Shown: positions 36,256-50,267, counted from the first letter of the stretch. The stretch is 64,000 nt of DNA from Mobula birostris (GCF_030028105.1 NC_092374.1:8484998-8548997); one strand, 5' to 3'. Notes: generated by a model not told the origin, from the sequence alone. A program made the numbers and translations.

Positions 36256-38634
36256 CAGAACAGGCCTACTTGAAGAACCTACGATCAACACCCCAGATGT
36301 GGTATCTACAGGAGGAGCTGCCTCAGGGAGACAATGTCCATCAACAAAGATCCCCACCATCCAGGCCATGCCACCTCCTAGCAGATATTCTTTCAGATGT
36401 TTATCTGTGGCTCCTTTGGAAAGTTATAGGAATGTGCGAAGCTGCAGAGAGCAGTGGATTCTGCCCAAAGCATCACCGGTACACCCCTCCCCACCATCGG
36501 TTGTATCGACGGGAGGCAGAGATCCCCACCATACAGGCTATTTTCATCTTCTCACAGCTCGGCGGCACGGTAACATAGTGGTTAGCACAACACTTTACTG
36601 TACCAGTAACCCGGGTTCAACTCCTGTCACTGCCTGTACGTTCTCCCTGTGACTGCATGGGTTTCCTCCAGGTGCTCCCGTTTCCTCCCACAGTGCAAAG
36701 ACCTGCCAGTTGGCAGACTAATTGATCATTGTAAATTGTCCTCTGATTAGGTTAGGGTTAAATCAGGGATTGCTGGGCGGCAGTGGACAGGCCTGTTCAG
36801 TGCTGTATCTCAATAAATAAATAAAACATTAAAAAACAAAAATTCTGAAGTCCCACACCACTGGATCAGTAACAACTGCTTCTCCTCGACCATTCAGTTG
36901 TTGAACCGACTGACACAACTCTGATCACCGCAGTTCAGGAACACAAATAGGCTTTATCTGTCACATGTACATCGAAATTACCTATGGGTAACCCCAGGTA
37001 ATTTCTAAAGTACATGTTCAGCACAGCATCGTGGGCTGAAGGGCCTGTATTGTGCTGTAGGTTTTCTGTGTTTTTGTGAAACATACAGTGAGATGTGTCG
37101 TTTGCGTTAATGACCAACGCAGTCCGAGGATGTGCTGAGGTCAGCCTACAAGTGTCTCTGTACTTGCAGTGCCAACGTAATGTGGCCACAGCTCACTAAC
37201 TCTAACCCCACCGTATGTCTTTGGACTGTGGGAGGAAACCAGAGCACCCAGAGGAAACCCACACAGACGCAGGGAGAAGGTACAAACTCCTTCGAGACAG
37301 TGGCAGGAATTGAACCCCGATCCTACAGCTGACGCACTGTGAAGCTTTCCGCTAACCGCGATTACCACACTAACCACACTGTAAAACTTTGCACTAACTG
37401 CGATGCTACTACAAGTCATGAATGCCAGGAAAGTAGAGCAATGGACTAGCCACCAATGTTCTCTCTAAGGTCACACACATGCACACACATTCTTTTGCTA
37501 CTAGTGCGCAAAGGAATTTAAACTACACACTACAGGTTGTCACAAGATCACAAGATCACTAGACAAAGGAGCAGAATTAGGCCATTTGGCCCATCAAGTC
37601 TGCTCCGCAACTCCCCCATGAGCTAACTAATTCTCCCATCTAGTTCCAATTTCCGGCTTTTCTCCATATCCCTTGATACCCTGACTAATTAGATATCTAT
37701 CAATCTCCTCCTTAAACACCCTCAATGATCGGGCCTCCACAACTGTATGTGCAAATCCACGACCCTCTGGCTAAAAAAATTTCTCCTCATCTCTGTTTTA
37801 ACTGGGTACCCTCTAATTCTAAGACTATGTCCTCTTGTCCTGGACTCACCCACCAAGGGAAACAGCCTTTCCACATCTACTCTGTCCAACCCTTTCAACA
37901 TTAAACATTGTCACCTTCAACCTCGCTTATTAAGCTTAAGTTAAGCTTATTTCACTATCATACACAATCACAGTTCCTTTTCCGGTTTCTGATGCGGACG
38001 GCGTTGACAACATGGAGTTTGAGATGATTTGTCTGCAGATTTTAGAACTGACTTATTTATGCTGTTTTTATTGAAGAAATTATTCAGTGTGCATATGTTG
38101 TTGTCATTGGGCAAAAAATTGCGCACACTGGTCATTACAAATGAGAGGAAACATCGCCCAGCGGGCACCTTTGAGGTTCACCTGTGTTTATTGTCAGGGA
38201 GGTGGAGATGTTATCTTTGACCTGCACTGACAGTGGTCTCCCGATGACAAAGTCAAGGATCTAGTTGCAGAGGTACAAGAGGCTCAGGATTTGAGGCTAA
38301 TAAGGGAAAGAGATACAGGAGCCTTAGGTCCCACTCCTCCAGGTTCAGGAACAGTTATTATCCCTCAACCATTAGGCTCTTGACCCAGTGTGGTTAACTT
38401 CGCTCACCTCAACCCTGAATTAATTCCATAACCAGTGGAATCACATTTAAGGACTCTACAACTCATGTTCTTAGTATTATTTATCAATATATAACTTCTA
38501 TATTTGTACACATTGTCTTCGTACATTGTCATTTGCCAGTCTTTGTGTGTCACTAACTACACAATAGTCATTGTTCAAGTTGAAGTTTATTGTCATTCAA
38601 CCGCACACATTTATACAGCCAAAGAAAGCAACTT

Positions 38635-39870
38635 TGTTTTGCCCCAGCTTTGTTCACCATCTTTATTGTGACAATCATCCACGTCATCAGGGATGACCCA
38701 CTCCCAGGAATTGGAATTGTCTACAGAACAGTTGGCAGACTTTTCAATCTTGCCCGTCTCAAATCCAGAAACAAGACATCCACGAGTTCCCTCATCGAGT
38801 TCCAATACGCAGATGACAACAGTGTTGCAGCTCTTTCAGAAAACCACCTACGACAGATTCTGACTGCCTTCAACCGTGCATACATGAAACTTGGACTTAC
38901 CATCAATTCCAAGAAGACTCAGATCATCTATCAACCGTCACCAACTGAGACAAATTGGATAGAACCATCAATTCAACTTGGCGAAACAACCCTGGAAAAC
39001 GTGGACCACTTTCCGTATCTTGGAAGTCACCTCTCCTCCAATGTCGACTTTAATGACGAGATCCAACGTCGTCTTCCAAGGTTCAATGTCCATTTAGGAA
39101 TTGGATGGCAGAGGGGAAGAAGCTGTTCCTGAATCGCTGAATCTGTGCCTTCAGGCTTCTGTATCTCCTACCTGATGTTAACAGTGAGATCCAACAATAC
39201 GCTGGAACAGCTTTTGGATGTCTCCGAACAAGAGTCTTTCATGATCGTGCCATCTGAACAGACACCAAAATGTTATTGTACAAAGCAGTGGTGATCCCAA
39301 CTCTCCTGTATGCATCAGAAACCTGGACAACATACCAATGACATCTGAAGGCACTTGAAAAGTTCCATCAACGTTGTCTTCGAAACATCTTAAATATCAG
39401 CTGGGAAGATAGAAGAACCAACGTCAGTGTGCTAAATAAAGCAAAAACAACAAGCATTGAAGCCTACGTCATCAAAAACCAACTAAGATGGAGCGATCAA
39501 AAACGTTCGGATGAAAAACGAACATCTGCCGAAACAAATCTTCTACTCCCAGCTTAAAGAAGGCAAACGTAAAAGAGGCGGACAACAGAAGAGATTCAAA
39601 GACGTCTTAAAACCCAACATGAAGAAATGTAACATCAACGTCAACAATTGGGAAACCAGTGCCAAGGACAGGAAACTCTGGCAAGGCATCATCCGAGAAG
39701 GAACAGCAACTTTCCAAGCCAACAGATGTGCAGAATTAGAAGAAAAGAGAAGAAAATGGAGAGAGAGGCAGCAACAACCAAAGTCCGATCTGCCATCTGG
39801 AACTACCTGTCCTGAATGCGGAAGAACTTTCAAAGCCAAGATTGGACTCATAAGCCACTTGAGAGCCCAT
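38635..39870 (+). mobile_element. RTE-clade LINE 3' fragment with a short internal insert at about 39080-39190
   Basis: APALFTIF, EFQYADD, FPYLGSHLSS, ...CPECGRTFKAKIGLISHLRAH. Confidence 0.88.
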
Positions 39871-39875
39871 AAATA

Positions 39876-40195
39876 CAAGGGGTGATTGATAAGTTCGTGG
39901 CCTAAGGTAGAAGGCGATGAGTTATACAGCTCTCGTTATGTGCACATGCAGTTCAACTCTTTGATTGATTATGCAGAAAGTTTGAAGTTAATATCTTATT
40001 TCCTTCTACCTTAGGCCACAAACTTATCAATCACCCCTGCTGTGGACACTTTCAGGAGGTCCAAGATCCATATGCTCCACGAGCGCTGGACTAAGTGTGT
40101 AAATGTAGGAGGGGACTATGTTGAAAACAAATGTGCTGGGTTTTCTAAAATGGACTCCTTCTACCTTAGGACACGAACTTATCAATCACTCCTCG
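39876..40195. mobile_element. Non-autonomous mariner-type MITE
   Basis: TA-flanked TIR caaggggtgattgataagttcgtggcctaaggtagaagg and its inverse at about 40158-40195; internal ERWTKCVNVGGDYVE matches a mariner transposase C-terminus. Confidence 0.85.
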
Positions 40196-41529
40196 CACTT
40201 ACTTTGAACTTTGAACTTGATCTCCCACTATTTAACAAATACTCTGCATTTCTGTTTTGTTCAGCCCTGTAGGTTCCCTCACACTTCTCTGTAGTATATT
40301 GCACCTGACCCCAGGCTGATATTTCATCCCCTCAGCGGAATCATCGATGTAGATCTCGATTGCTGCCATATTCCAAGCAAACCCTAACCCTTGGAATATT
40401 CTCCTCTTTCTGGATGTGGGAGTTTGCAGGTCTGTAACTGAGGTTTCTCTTCGCCGAGTTTCAGAACACCAGAGGGGATTCTGCCTGCTCTCGAAGCCGT
40501 TTTGTTATTTTGTTTCTCACTCAGGGGCGGGCACTAGTAAACGCAGCCTAAAAAGTTGCTCTGTGTTAAAGCACTCACGGCCAGGACAGAGGCAAGGCTG
40601 CTAAAGTCTCCAACGTCCTCGCTTTGCCTCCTACAGTGCAGGGAAGTGTATGGTCATCCACCTTGGCAGAAAGAATAAAGGTGTAACACATGCAAAATTC
40701 TGGAGCAACTCAGCAGACCAGGCAGCATCCATGCAGATGAGTAAACAGTCAAAGTTTCGGGCCAAGACCCTTCATCAGCACTCTTTACTCTTTTCCACAG
40801 ATGCTGTCTGACCTGCTGAGTTCCTCCAGCATTTTGTCAGAATCAGAATCAGGTTTATTATCACCGGCATGTGTCGTGAAATTTGTTAACTTAGCAGCAG
40901 CAGTTCAATGCAATACATAATCTAGAAGAAGTAGAAATAATAAATAAATAAATGACAGGATGCATGTATTTAATAGATTAAATGCACATATATATTTAAA
41001 AAGTGAGGTAGTGTTCACAGGTTCAATGTCCATTTAGGAACCAGATGGCAGAGGGAAGAAGCTGTTCCTGAATTGCTGAGTGTGTGCCTTCAGGCTTCTG
41101 TACCTCCTATCTGATGGTAACAGTGAGAAAAGGGCATGCCCTGGGTGCTGGAGGTCCTTAATAATGAACGCTGCCTTTCTGAGACACTGCTCCCTGAAGT
41201 TCTCCTGGGTACTTTGCTGGCTAGTACCCAAGATGGAGCTGACTAGATTTCCAATCCTCTGCAGCTTCTTTCAGTCCTGTGCAGTAACCCTTCCATACCA
41301 GACAGTGATGCAGCCTGTCAGAATGCTCTCCACGGCACGACTATAGAAGATTTTGAGTATATTTGTTGACATGCCAAATCTTTTCAAACTCCTAATGAAG
41401 TGTAGCCACTGTCTTGCCTTCTTTATAGCGGCATCGATATGTCGGGAGTAGGTGAGATCCTCAGCGATTACTCCGGATTTCCAGCACCTGCAGATTTCCT
41501 CATGATGTAGATTATTTTCTAAATGGGGA

Positions 41530-42200
41530 GCAAATTCAGAAACCAAAGGTGCAAAGAGACCTGAGAGCCCCAGTGCAGGATTCCCAAATTTGCAGTGGTG
41601 AGGAAGGCAAATGCAATGTTAGCATTCATTTTGAGAGGACTAGAATATAAAAGCAAGACTGTAATGCTGAAGCTTTCCAAAGCAATGGTCAGAGCACATT
41701 TGGAGTATTATGAGCAGTTTTAGGCCTCAGGATGTGTTAGAGTCCAAAGGAGTTCACGAGAATGATCCCAGGAATGAAAAGGTTAACATACGAGGTGACT
41801 CTGAGCCTGTGCTTACTGGTGTTGAAAAGAATGAATGGTGATCTCATTAAAACCTATCAAATATTGAAGGGCCTAGATTGAGTGGATATGGAGAGGATGT
41901 TTCCTATCGTGGGGTAGGCTAGCACCAGCGGGCACAGCCTCAGAATAGAAGGACTTCTCTTTAGAACAGAGATGAGGAGGTATTTCTTGAGCCAGGGGTT
42001 GGTCAATCTGTGGAATTCATTGCCACAGACAGTCATTTAGTATATTTAAAGCAGAGGTTGATAGGTTCTTGATTAGTCAGGGTGTCAAAGGTTACGGGAA
42101 GAAGGCAGGAGAGGGATAATAAATCAGCCATAATGGGCAGGTGGAGCAGACTTGATGGGCTGAATGGCCTAATCCTGCTCCTCTGTTGTATGGTCATATG
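41530..42200 (+). mobile_element. CR1 LINE 3' fragment, decayed
   Basis: gcaaatgcaatgttagcattcatt...ggcacagcctcagaatagaagg CR1 tail sequence. Confidence 0.8.
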
Positions 42201-42914
42201 GTCTTTGTTCATTTAAAAAGAAAGTGATAGGATTCTGGACATTAAGAGCATTGAGAGGCAAGGGAGATGGTATTGAGATAAAGGATTGGGCGTGGTCTCG
42301 ATGAATGGCAGACAGGGCTTAAGGAGATGAATTGCCTTGACCTCTCATTTCCTAAGTTCTTGTGAAAGCAATGTCAACATTGGCTGCAGAAGTGATGAAA
42401 TATCGAAGTTCAGTCTACAACGGGAACTGGCACGAATGTTCTGGAGACTGCTCACCGAGCAGCTTGTGCCTCACACCCCACAAAGGCTCAGAGCTACAGG
42501 GTGGCTTTTAATGTCAATTGGCTCATTGTCATTAGAGTCAGAGAACCATAAAGTATAATAGCACACAAACAGGCCCTTTGGCCCATCTAGTATGTGTTGA
42601 ACTGATACTCTACCTTGTCCCATCTGCACCCTACTGCTCTGTACCCCTCCCATCCATGTATTTATCCAAATTTTTCTTAAATATTGCAATCAAGCCCAAT
42701 TCATCACTTCTGCTGACAGCTCATTCCACACTCTCACCACGCTCTGAGTGAAGACATTCCACCTTCAATATTTTATACCTTTCATGTGTTTTTTTTTAGA
42801 TATAGGAGCAGAATTAGGCCATTTGGCCCATCAAGTCTGTTCTGCCATTTCAACATGGCTGATCCATTTTTTCCTCTCAGCTCCAGTTTCCTGCCTTCTC
42901 CCCATATAAACATA

Positions 42915-43385
42915 GATTTACAAGGATGTTGCCTGGATTGGGGAGCAGGCCTTATGAGAATAGGTGAAGTGAACTTGGCCTTTTCTCCTTGGAGTGACGG
43001 AAGATGAGAGGTTACCTGACAGAGGTGTATAAGATGATAAGAAGCATTGATCGTGTGGATAGTCAGAGGCTTTTTCCCAGGGCTGAAATGGCTAGCACGA
43101 GAGGGCACAGTTTTAAGGTGCTTGGAAGTAGGTACAGAGGAGATGTCAGGGGCACGCTTTTTACACAGAGAGTTGTGAGTGCGTGGAGTGGGCAGCCACC
43201 AACTGTGGTGGCAGCAGATACGATAGGGTCTTTTAAGAGGCTCCTGGATAGGTACATGGAGCTTAGAAAAATAAAGGGCTGTTGGTAACCCTAGGTAATT
43301 TCTGAAGTAAGTACATGTTCGGCACAGCATTGTGGTCCGAAAGGCTTGTATTGTGCTGTAGGTTTTCAATGTTTCTATGTTTCTA
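42915..43385 (+). mobile_element. CR1 LINE 3' fragment
   Basis: MRGYLTEVYKM...RGHSFKV...LFTQRVVSAW. Confidence 0.85.
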
Positions 43386-46196
43386 TATCCCTTCATGCCC
43401 TGACTTATCAATTTCTGTCTTAAGTATACCCAGTTACTTGGTCTCCACAGCCGTCTGTGGCAATGAATTCCACAGATTCACCACCCTCTTGCTAAAGAAA
43501 TTCCTCCTTATCTCTTAGTCGTCCTTCTATTCAGCGGCTGTCCCCTCTGGTCTTAGATTCCTGCACCAAAGGAAACATCTTCTCCACATCCACAGCCCAG
43601 CTCATCTGTAGTTGTGAACTTCCCATGATTCAGGACATTTACAAAGACAGGTGTGAAGAAAGGGCCCAAAGGATCATTGGGGACCCGAGTCACCCCAACC
43701 ATGGTCCGGTCCAGGTGCTACCATCTGGGAAACGGTACTGCAGCATAAAAGCCAGAAACAACAGGCTCCAGGACAGCTTCTTCCACCAGGCCATCACACT
43801 GATTAACTCACACTGATTTGAGTGTATTTCTATATTACATTAACTGTTTTAATTATTATGAAGTATTATAAATTACTATGGTTCCACATTGCATATTTAG
43901 ACAGAGACATAATGTAAAGATTTTTACTCCTCATGTATGTGAAGGTTGTAAGAAATAAAATCAATTCAATTCAATTCTATCGAGGCCTTTCAACATTCGA
44001 TAGGTTTTAATGAGCTTCCTTCCTCATTCTTCTGAATTCCAGTGAACACAGCCCCAGGGCCATCAAACTCTCCTTAAACGATAACTTTTCAATTGGAAAT
44101 CATTTTCATGAACCTCCTTTGAATCCTCTCCCATGTCAGCACATCTTTTCTTAGATAAGGGAACCAAAACTGCTCACAATACTCCAAGACTAGAACTAGT
44201 GAGTTCTCATTTCACCCAGCCTTGGTGGAAAAAGTCTGCTTGCATTTACCCTACATATACCCACATAAACTTCTGTCAAATCTCCCCTCATTCTTCTGTG
44301 CTCCAGGGAATATAGTCCTAAACTACTCAGCCTTTCCCTATAACTCAGGTCCTCAAGCCCCAGCATCATCCTTATAAGTTGTCTCTGAACTCTTTCAGTC
44401 TCCTTGACATCTTCCCTGTAGGCGGGTAACCTGGAACTATTCACAATACTCACACAAATCTGAACCCGGTCTCAAAACTGTTTTCCACTTCCATTAATGT
44501 TCAACCGGTGATTGGGCAGGGGACTTTCATTATTGATCATTGTAACTGCTTTGCTACCATGCCTCTCTTAAAGATTTAAACTTAAAGAATGAAAGATTAG
44601 CCTTACTTGTCGCACGTGCATCGAAACATACAGTGAAATGCATTGCTTGCGGCAACGACCGACGCAGTCCAAGCATGTTCTGGAGGCAGCCCGCAAGTGT
44701 GACTATGCTTCCGCTACCAAAGCAACATGCCCACAGTTTACTAACTCTAACTTTGGTTTATTACTGTCACATCTACCAAGCTGTAATGAAAACCTTGTCT
44801 CGCCGACAGTTCCTGCAGATCAAGTCATAACACAGTGCATTGAGGTAGAACGAAGTAAAACAAGAACAGAATGCAGAATAAAGTGTAACAGCTACAGAGA
44901 AGGTGCAGTGCAGGTAAACAATGAAGTGCAGGATCATAATGAGTTAGATTGTGAGGCCAAGTGTCCATCGTATCGTGCAGGATGTTGTCCATATTATCAA
45001 ACACCCATGTGTCAGATTCAAGTGGAACAGTCTAATCTCCTGCTCTGCATCTTATCGTACCAGAGTCTTACATCACAGTGCACAATGAGCAATTGATAGG
45101 AGCTGTCCTCGAGCCTGGTGGGACGTACTTCCAGGCTTTTGTATCTTCTGCTCAGTGGGAGGAGGGAGACGAGAGAATGTCTGGGATGTTTGGGGGTCTT
45201 TGATTATTATTGAGGAGTGACAAGTACAGATAGAGTCCACGGAGGTGGGCTGGGAGGGGGCAGGGGGGGACGTTGGTTCCTGTGATGTGTTGATGTGTTT
45301 CTGCGGTTTCTGATACAGCTTACAGAGGTGTATGAAATCATTAGGGGCATAGACAGTGTGTATGTTCACCGTATGCTTTTCCCAGGGCACGGCTTGCTTC
45401 TCTGTATAGGCTATGCGTAAGTCAGGTGTTTGCCACCTGGCAAGGACTTGTATTCAAAGGTCTTGCCCTTGTCTGTAGTTCTTTATTTGTAGCACCTGAC
45501 ACGCAAAGTGCTTGAAGTCTGACTCCTCCTGCAAAATTGATAAACCCCAACATGGACAGAAGGCCTGATGATGGGTTTCTTAGTCAGTGTGCACTCTGTT
45601 ATCATCATCATTACGGCATGTCCTATGATGTGGGTGATCGCGGACTTTGACCATGATTGCTCTTGGCAAATTTTTCCACACAGGTGGTTTGCCATTGGCC
45701 CCGCCCCGCCGCATCCCAGGGTTGTAGCGAGGAAACTGGAGACTGGAGGCGGGGAGAGTGTGCAGACAGTGCCGGAATCCAGGATTGGACCTGGGTGACT
45801 GGAGCTGTGATGCAGTGTCTCTGTTCACCACATGACTGAGCTGTCACCACTGGTCATCCGGTTGCGAGAATTGGGGGGGGAGTGGGGGGGGGGGCGCCAC
45901 GGTAACGCGGCAGCTAATGCAACGTCATCACAGCTCAGGGCGTCGGAGTTCAGAGGTCAGTGCCAGTGGCGGCTGTGAGGAGTTTGTACGCTCTTCCCGT
46001 GTGCGCGTGGGTTTCCTCCGGGTGCTCCAGTTTCCTCCCACACCCCACAGTTAATAGGTGAATTGGTCATTCCAAATTTTCCTGTGTTTAGGCCAGGGTT
46101 AAATTGATGGGTTGCTGGGCAACGAAGGGCCTGGTTCACGATGCATCTCTAAATTTAAGCATAGCAATTAAAACCCGTTGTTCTCCCCTCTTTCAG

Positions 46197-46562
46197 CCTC
46201 CACTGTTTGGACCATTCCCTATGCCGACGACGTGTTTGCGATGGAAGGAGGCTCTGCGCTGTTGCCGTGTACTGTCATCGACCTCACTCTCCCCTACACT
46301 GTGACATGGTTAAAAAGCGACCTGTGGGGTTACAATGCCGTGGCCAAGTGTACGTACCACAGTCCCTTCCACTCCCAGTGCAGCAACATGATTCAGGAGG
46401 CAGAAGGCGGCCGGATCATATTCGTGGGGGACCTCAGCAAGGGGGATGCCTCAATCATGGTGCAGCGTCTGAAGCGGAGTGACGGTGGTCAGTATCAGTG
46501 TTACATTCCAGACATCAGTGGGATGTTTGTAACAATGGGCTATACACAACTGACGGTCAGAG
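46197..46562 (+). CDS. Ig-superfamily receptor exon 2: V-set Ig domain 1
   Basis: Acceptor ttctcccctctttcag|, donor G|GTAAGG, both phase 1. Canonical V-set residues: LLPC, VTWL, GRIIFVGDLSKGDASIMV, SDGGQYQC. Confidence 0.92.
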
Positions 46563-46926
46563 GTAAGGAGCAATGTTCAGGTTTAAAACTAAAGCTTATT
46601 TTTTGTTCTTATTTATTTAGAGGGACAGTGTAGAACTGGTCTTTCCAGCCCAACGAGCTGCCCACTCAGCAGCCCCCTGATTTAACCCCAGCCTAATCAC
46701 AGGATGACCAACTAGCATACATGTGGACCTACAGGGGTAACCCCTCTGTAGTGGTCTGTAATTACGATGACCAACGAGCCTGTAAGCAGCATGTCATTGC
46801 AGTGAGGGAGGAAACAGTGGCTCCCGGAGGAAACCTGCTCACTCACAGAGAGAACGTGCAAACTTTCTGACAGGGGACGCTGGAACTGAGCTCTGAACTC
46901 TGACGCCTCGAGCTGTTAGGGTATCT

Positions 46927-47245
46927 AGTAAAGTAAAGGCATCTGTTAGTCTTCTGAGACCATGGATCTGCGCCTGGAAAGTCTTCACCCTCCAGGGCGC
47001 AGGCCTAGGCAGGGTTGTATGGAAGACCGGCAGTTGCCCATGCTGCAAGTCTCCCCTCTCCACGACACCAATGTTGTCCAAGGGAAGGGCATTAGGACCC
47101 ATACAGCTTGGCACCAGTGTCATCGCAGAGCAATGTGTGATTAAGTGCCTTGCTCAAGGACACACCACGTTGCCTCGGCTGGGGCTCGAACTCACGACCT
47201 TCAGGTCACTAGTCCAATGCCTTAACCACTTGGCCACGTGCCCAC
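46927..47245 (-). mobile_element. tRNA-derived SINE (second family) with a (TTTAC)n tail
   Basis: Minus-strand head gtggccaagtggttaaggcattggactagtgacctgaaggtcgtgagttcgag (A/B boxes); near-identical to 63630-63943. Confidence 0.85.
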
Positions 47246-47255
47246 ATCACAAACT

Positions 47256-47690
47256 CAACAAACGCATTCGTAAGGCCAGTGATGTTGTGGGGTTGGAACT
47301 GGACTCTCTGACGGCGGTGTCTGAAAAGAGGATGCTGTCCAAGTTGCATGCCATCTTGGACAATGTCTCCCATCCACTACATAATGTACTGGGTGGGCAC
47401 AGGAGTACATTCAGCCAGAGACTCCTTCCACCGAGATGCAACACTGAGAGTCATAGGAAGTCATTCCTGCCTGTGGCCATCAAACTTTACAACTCTTCCC
47501 TTGGAGGGTCGGACACCCTGAGCCAATAGGCTGGTCCTGGACTTATTTCCATCTGGCATAATTTACATATCATTATTTAATTATTTATGGTTTTATATTG
47601 CTATATTTATACTCTACTCTTGGTTGGTGCAGCTGTAATGAAACTAAATTTCCCTCGGGATCAATGAAGTATGACTATGACTATGACTAT
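47256..47690 (+). mobile_element. Rex1/Babar LINE 3' fragment with a (TATGAC)n tail
   Basis: Third copy of the family at 17697-19052. Confidence 0.9.
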
Positions 47691-50189
47691 AACTACACAG
47701 ACCACTAACCTACCGTGGTGCCCAAACTTAGCTTCGTTTGTCCCACGTACATGGAAACAGGCAGCAAGATTTCACATTTGCATCAGCAACCAATACGGTC
47801 CGAGGAGTCTTTGGAGGCAACTCGCATGCTTTCAGCACCCACATAGCATGCCCACAACCTGCTAATCTGCCCACCTGCACGTCTTTGGAGTGTGGAAGGA
47901 AACCGAGGCACCCGCCATCACAAGGAGTACGTACAGACTCCACATAGACAGCAGAAGAAGTCCAGCACGAACCTGTACGTCTGGCCTACAGAACTAACCC
48001 CTCTGTAGCGAAACCCGCTGGAAGTTGCGTTCCCGCAAACAGGGGCTGTCTGACATACTCCCACAGTTAAGTAAGCCACTGCTTGTTCAAAGTTGAAGTT
48101 ACACAGAAGAGCAATGAAAAACTGACTTGTGCAGCATCCCAAGCAGAGAGCGTGGCAGTTAGTGGAATGCCCTTACAGCTTGGGATGTTGGAGCTCGGAG
48201 TTTATTCCAGTGCTGTCCGTAAGGAGTTTGTACGTTCTCCCCGTGAGCGCATGGGCTTCCTCCGGGTGCTCTGGTTTCCTCCCACAGTCCAAAGACGTAC
48301 CAGTTAGCGGGATAATTGGTCATTGTAAATTGTCCTGTGATTAGGCTGGGGTTAAATAGGTGGGTTGCAGCTCAAAGTGCCGGAAGGGCCTGTTCCATGC
48401 TGCTGTGTCTCTCAATAAATAAATACATTTATTAATTAAACAGCATTGGATCAGCAGCTTTCACAAGGGAAGTGTTGGTGTTGGCCAGGCCGCTAAAAGA
48501 AAGGGCATTGGCTGAAACCATGAGGTTGTGTCATCAATCAAGGGAACGTGAGTCCATATCATTCCAGGGTTTTAAATGTAACATTGAAATAAAATTGTCA
48601 TGGAAACTAAAATTAATCCTAGTTAGGATGAATTGTGGAAATGCAGAGTTAGTCAAACCAAATCTACTTCATTGCTATAGTCTGGGAAGGAAGTCTATCT
48701 TGCTTACCTTGTCCGGCAGGGCCTGAGTCTGCGAGTGAGGAATGACCCCAGGTTTGGATGATTGAAGCACTGGGCCAGATTGAAAACTCATGGTATCAGG
48801 ACCAGGGGCGAGGGACGACTTGGTTCAGATCGCTGCTCCACGAGGTTTACTGGTCTTTGCACTGAACTGAGGCTGTGGCCTGCACCTAACTGGCTTCTGA
48901 ATCATGAACTTCAGTTCTGAATGCCATTTACTTACTTTTATTGTTTTTCTTCTCACTGTAACTTGGGTGTTCGATGGTCTTCTTCTGTTTTGATGAGTTC
49001 TATTGGGATTTCTTTGTTTTGTGGCTGCCTCCAAGGAGACGAATCTCAAAGTTATGTAAAGTATACATACTTTGATAAGTTAAGTTTGAACTTTGGCTTA
49101 CATGTGACAACGGACATGCCAGCGTGGTGCACCCATAACAGCCACCACAGTTCAGAGGCAAATAGGGGTGGGCTGTGGTTGTGTAGCAGTTCGCACAACA
49201 CTTTACAGTGCCAGCCATCCTGCTTCAATTCCCACCACTGTCTGTAAGGAGTTTTGTACATCCCCCTGGTGACTGCACGGGAGGTTAGATCAGATTAGCT
49301 TTAATTGTCACGCCAAAGCATACAGCGAAATGTGTCATTTACGTCAGCGACCAACACAGTCCAAAGATGTTCTGGAGAGCATCCCACAAGTGTCGTCATG
49401 CTTCTGGCACCAACGTAGCACGCCCACAACTTACTGACCCCAACCCGTATATCTGACTGAGTAAAACTGAGAAAGTACAGAATCAGCTGTACCCTAATCA
49501 CTAGAAAATTTACTGAACAATTAAGTCTACATACGGTGATTATATAAAAATTAAAAGCAAGCACAGAAGACTAAATTACTAGAAAAATAACAATTCTACA
49601 CTCCAATCCAACAGAGTGCAGCAGATGCTTTTGGACACCAAGTCCCTCAGCCACCTGCTGAGGAGATGTCCCCTGGGCTGACCTGGGTTGAGGAATGCCA
49701 GTATCTGAGCTGGTGGCTGACCACACCTTCTCAAGTGACAGCTGCCTTCGTAGACCTGTCCTCTTGCTAAATAGCGGCTCCCTGAACGGCTGGGTGTCCC
49801 AGGACACTGGAACGAAGAAAGGCACCCAGGCAATGTGAGAGGTTGCGGCCCAAAGCCAACTGTATCAACCAGCTGTTGATGGTAGTGGGTGGACTGGTCT
49901 TACCTGTGCGGTCACCGGACAGTGTCTCCCAGCACCATCACTGTCATTGTCACATCCAAAGGGTCTCCCACCACTGGACAGTGTCTCCCACCACCACCGT
50001 CACTGTCACTATCACATCTGAAGGCTGTCACTGGCTCACGAGTACATTTGAGTGGGAAGTGCCTCGGTGAGACATGCGTGCAGTGAGATCAGCCAGAAGG
50101 GTGTGGAAGTCTGAAGTGTGGTAATGGTACAAGAAGGAGCGATGTGTGGGTTTGTGTTTGTTTGTGAGTACATACACGTGTGGGAGGAA

Positions 50190-50193
50190 TGTG

Positions 50194-50262
<69 letters not shown>
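50190..50262. repeat. (TG)n microsatellite
   Basis: Long TG run. Confidence 0.97.

Positions 50263-50267
<5 letters not shown>

Noticed and set aside
37968-38220. Short ORFs in unique intronic sequence
   Set aside because: No domain signature and no frame-compatible splice sites linking them to the receptor gene.
46927-47245. tRNA-like sequences in SINE heads
   Set aside because: A/B-box heads of SINEs without a complete cloverleaf; not tRNA genes.
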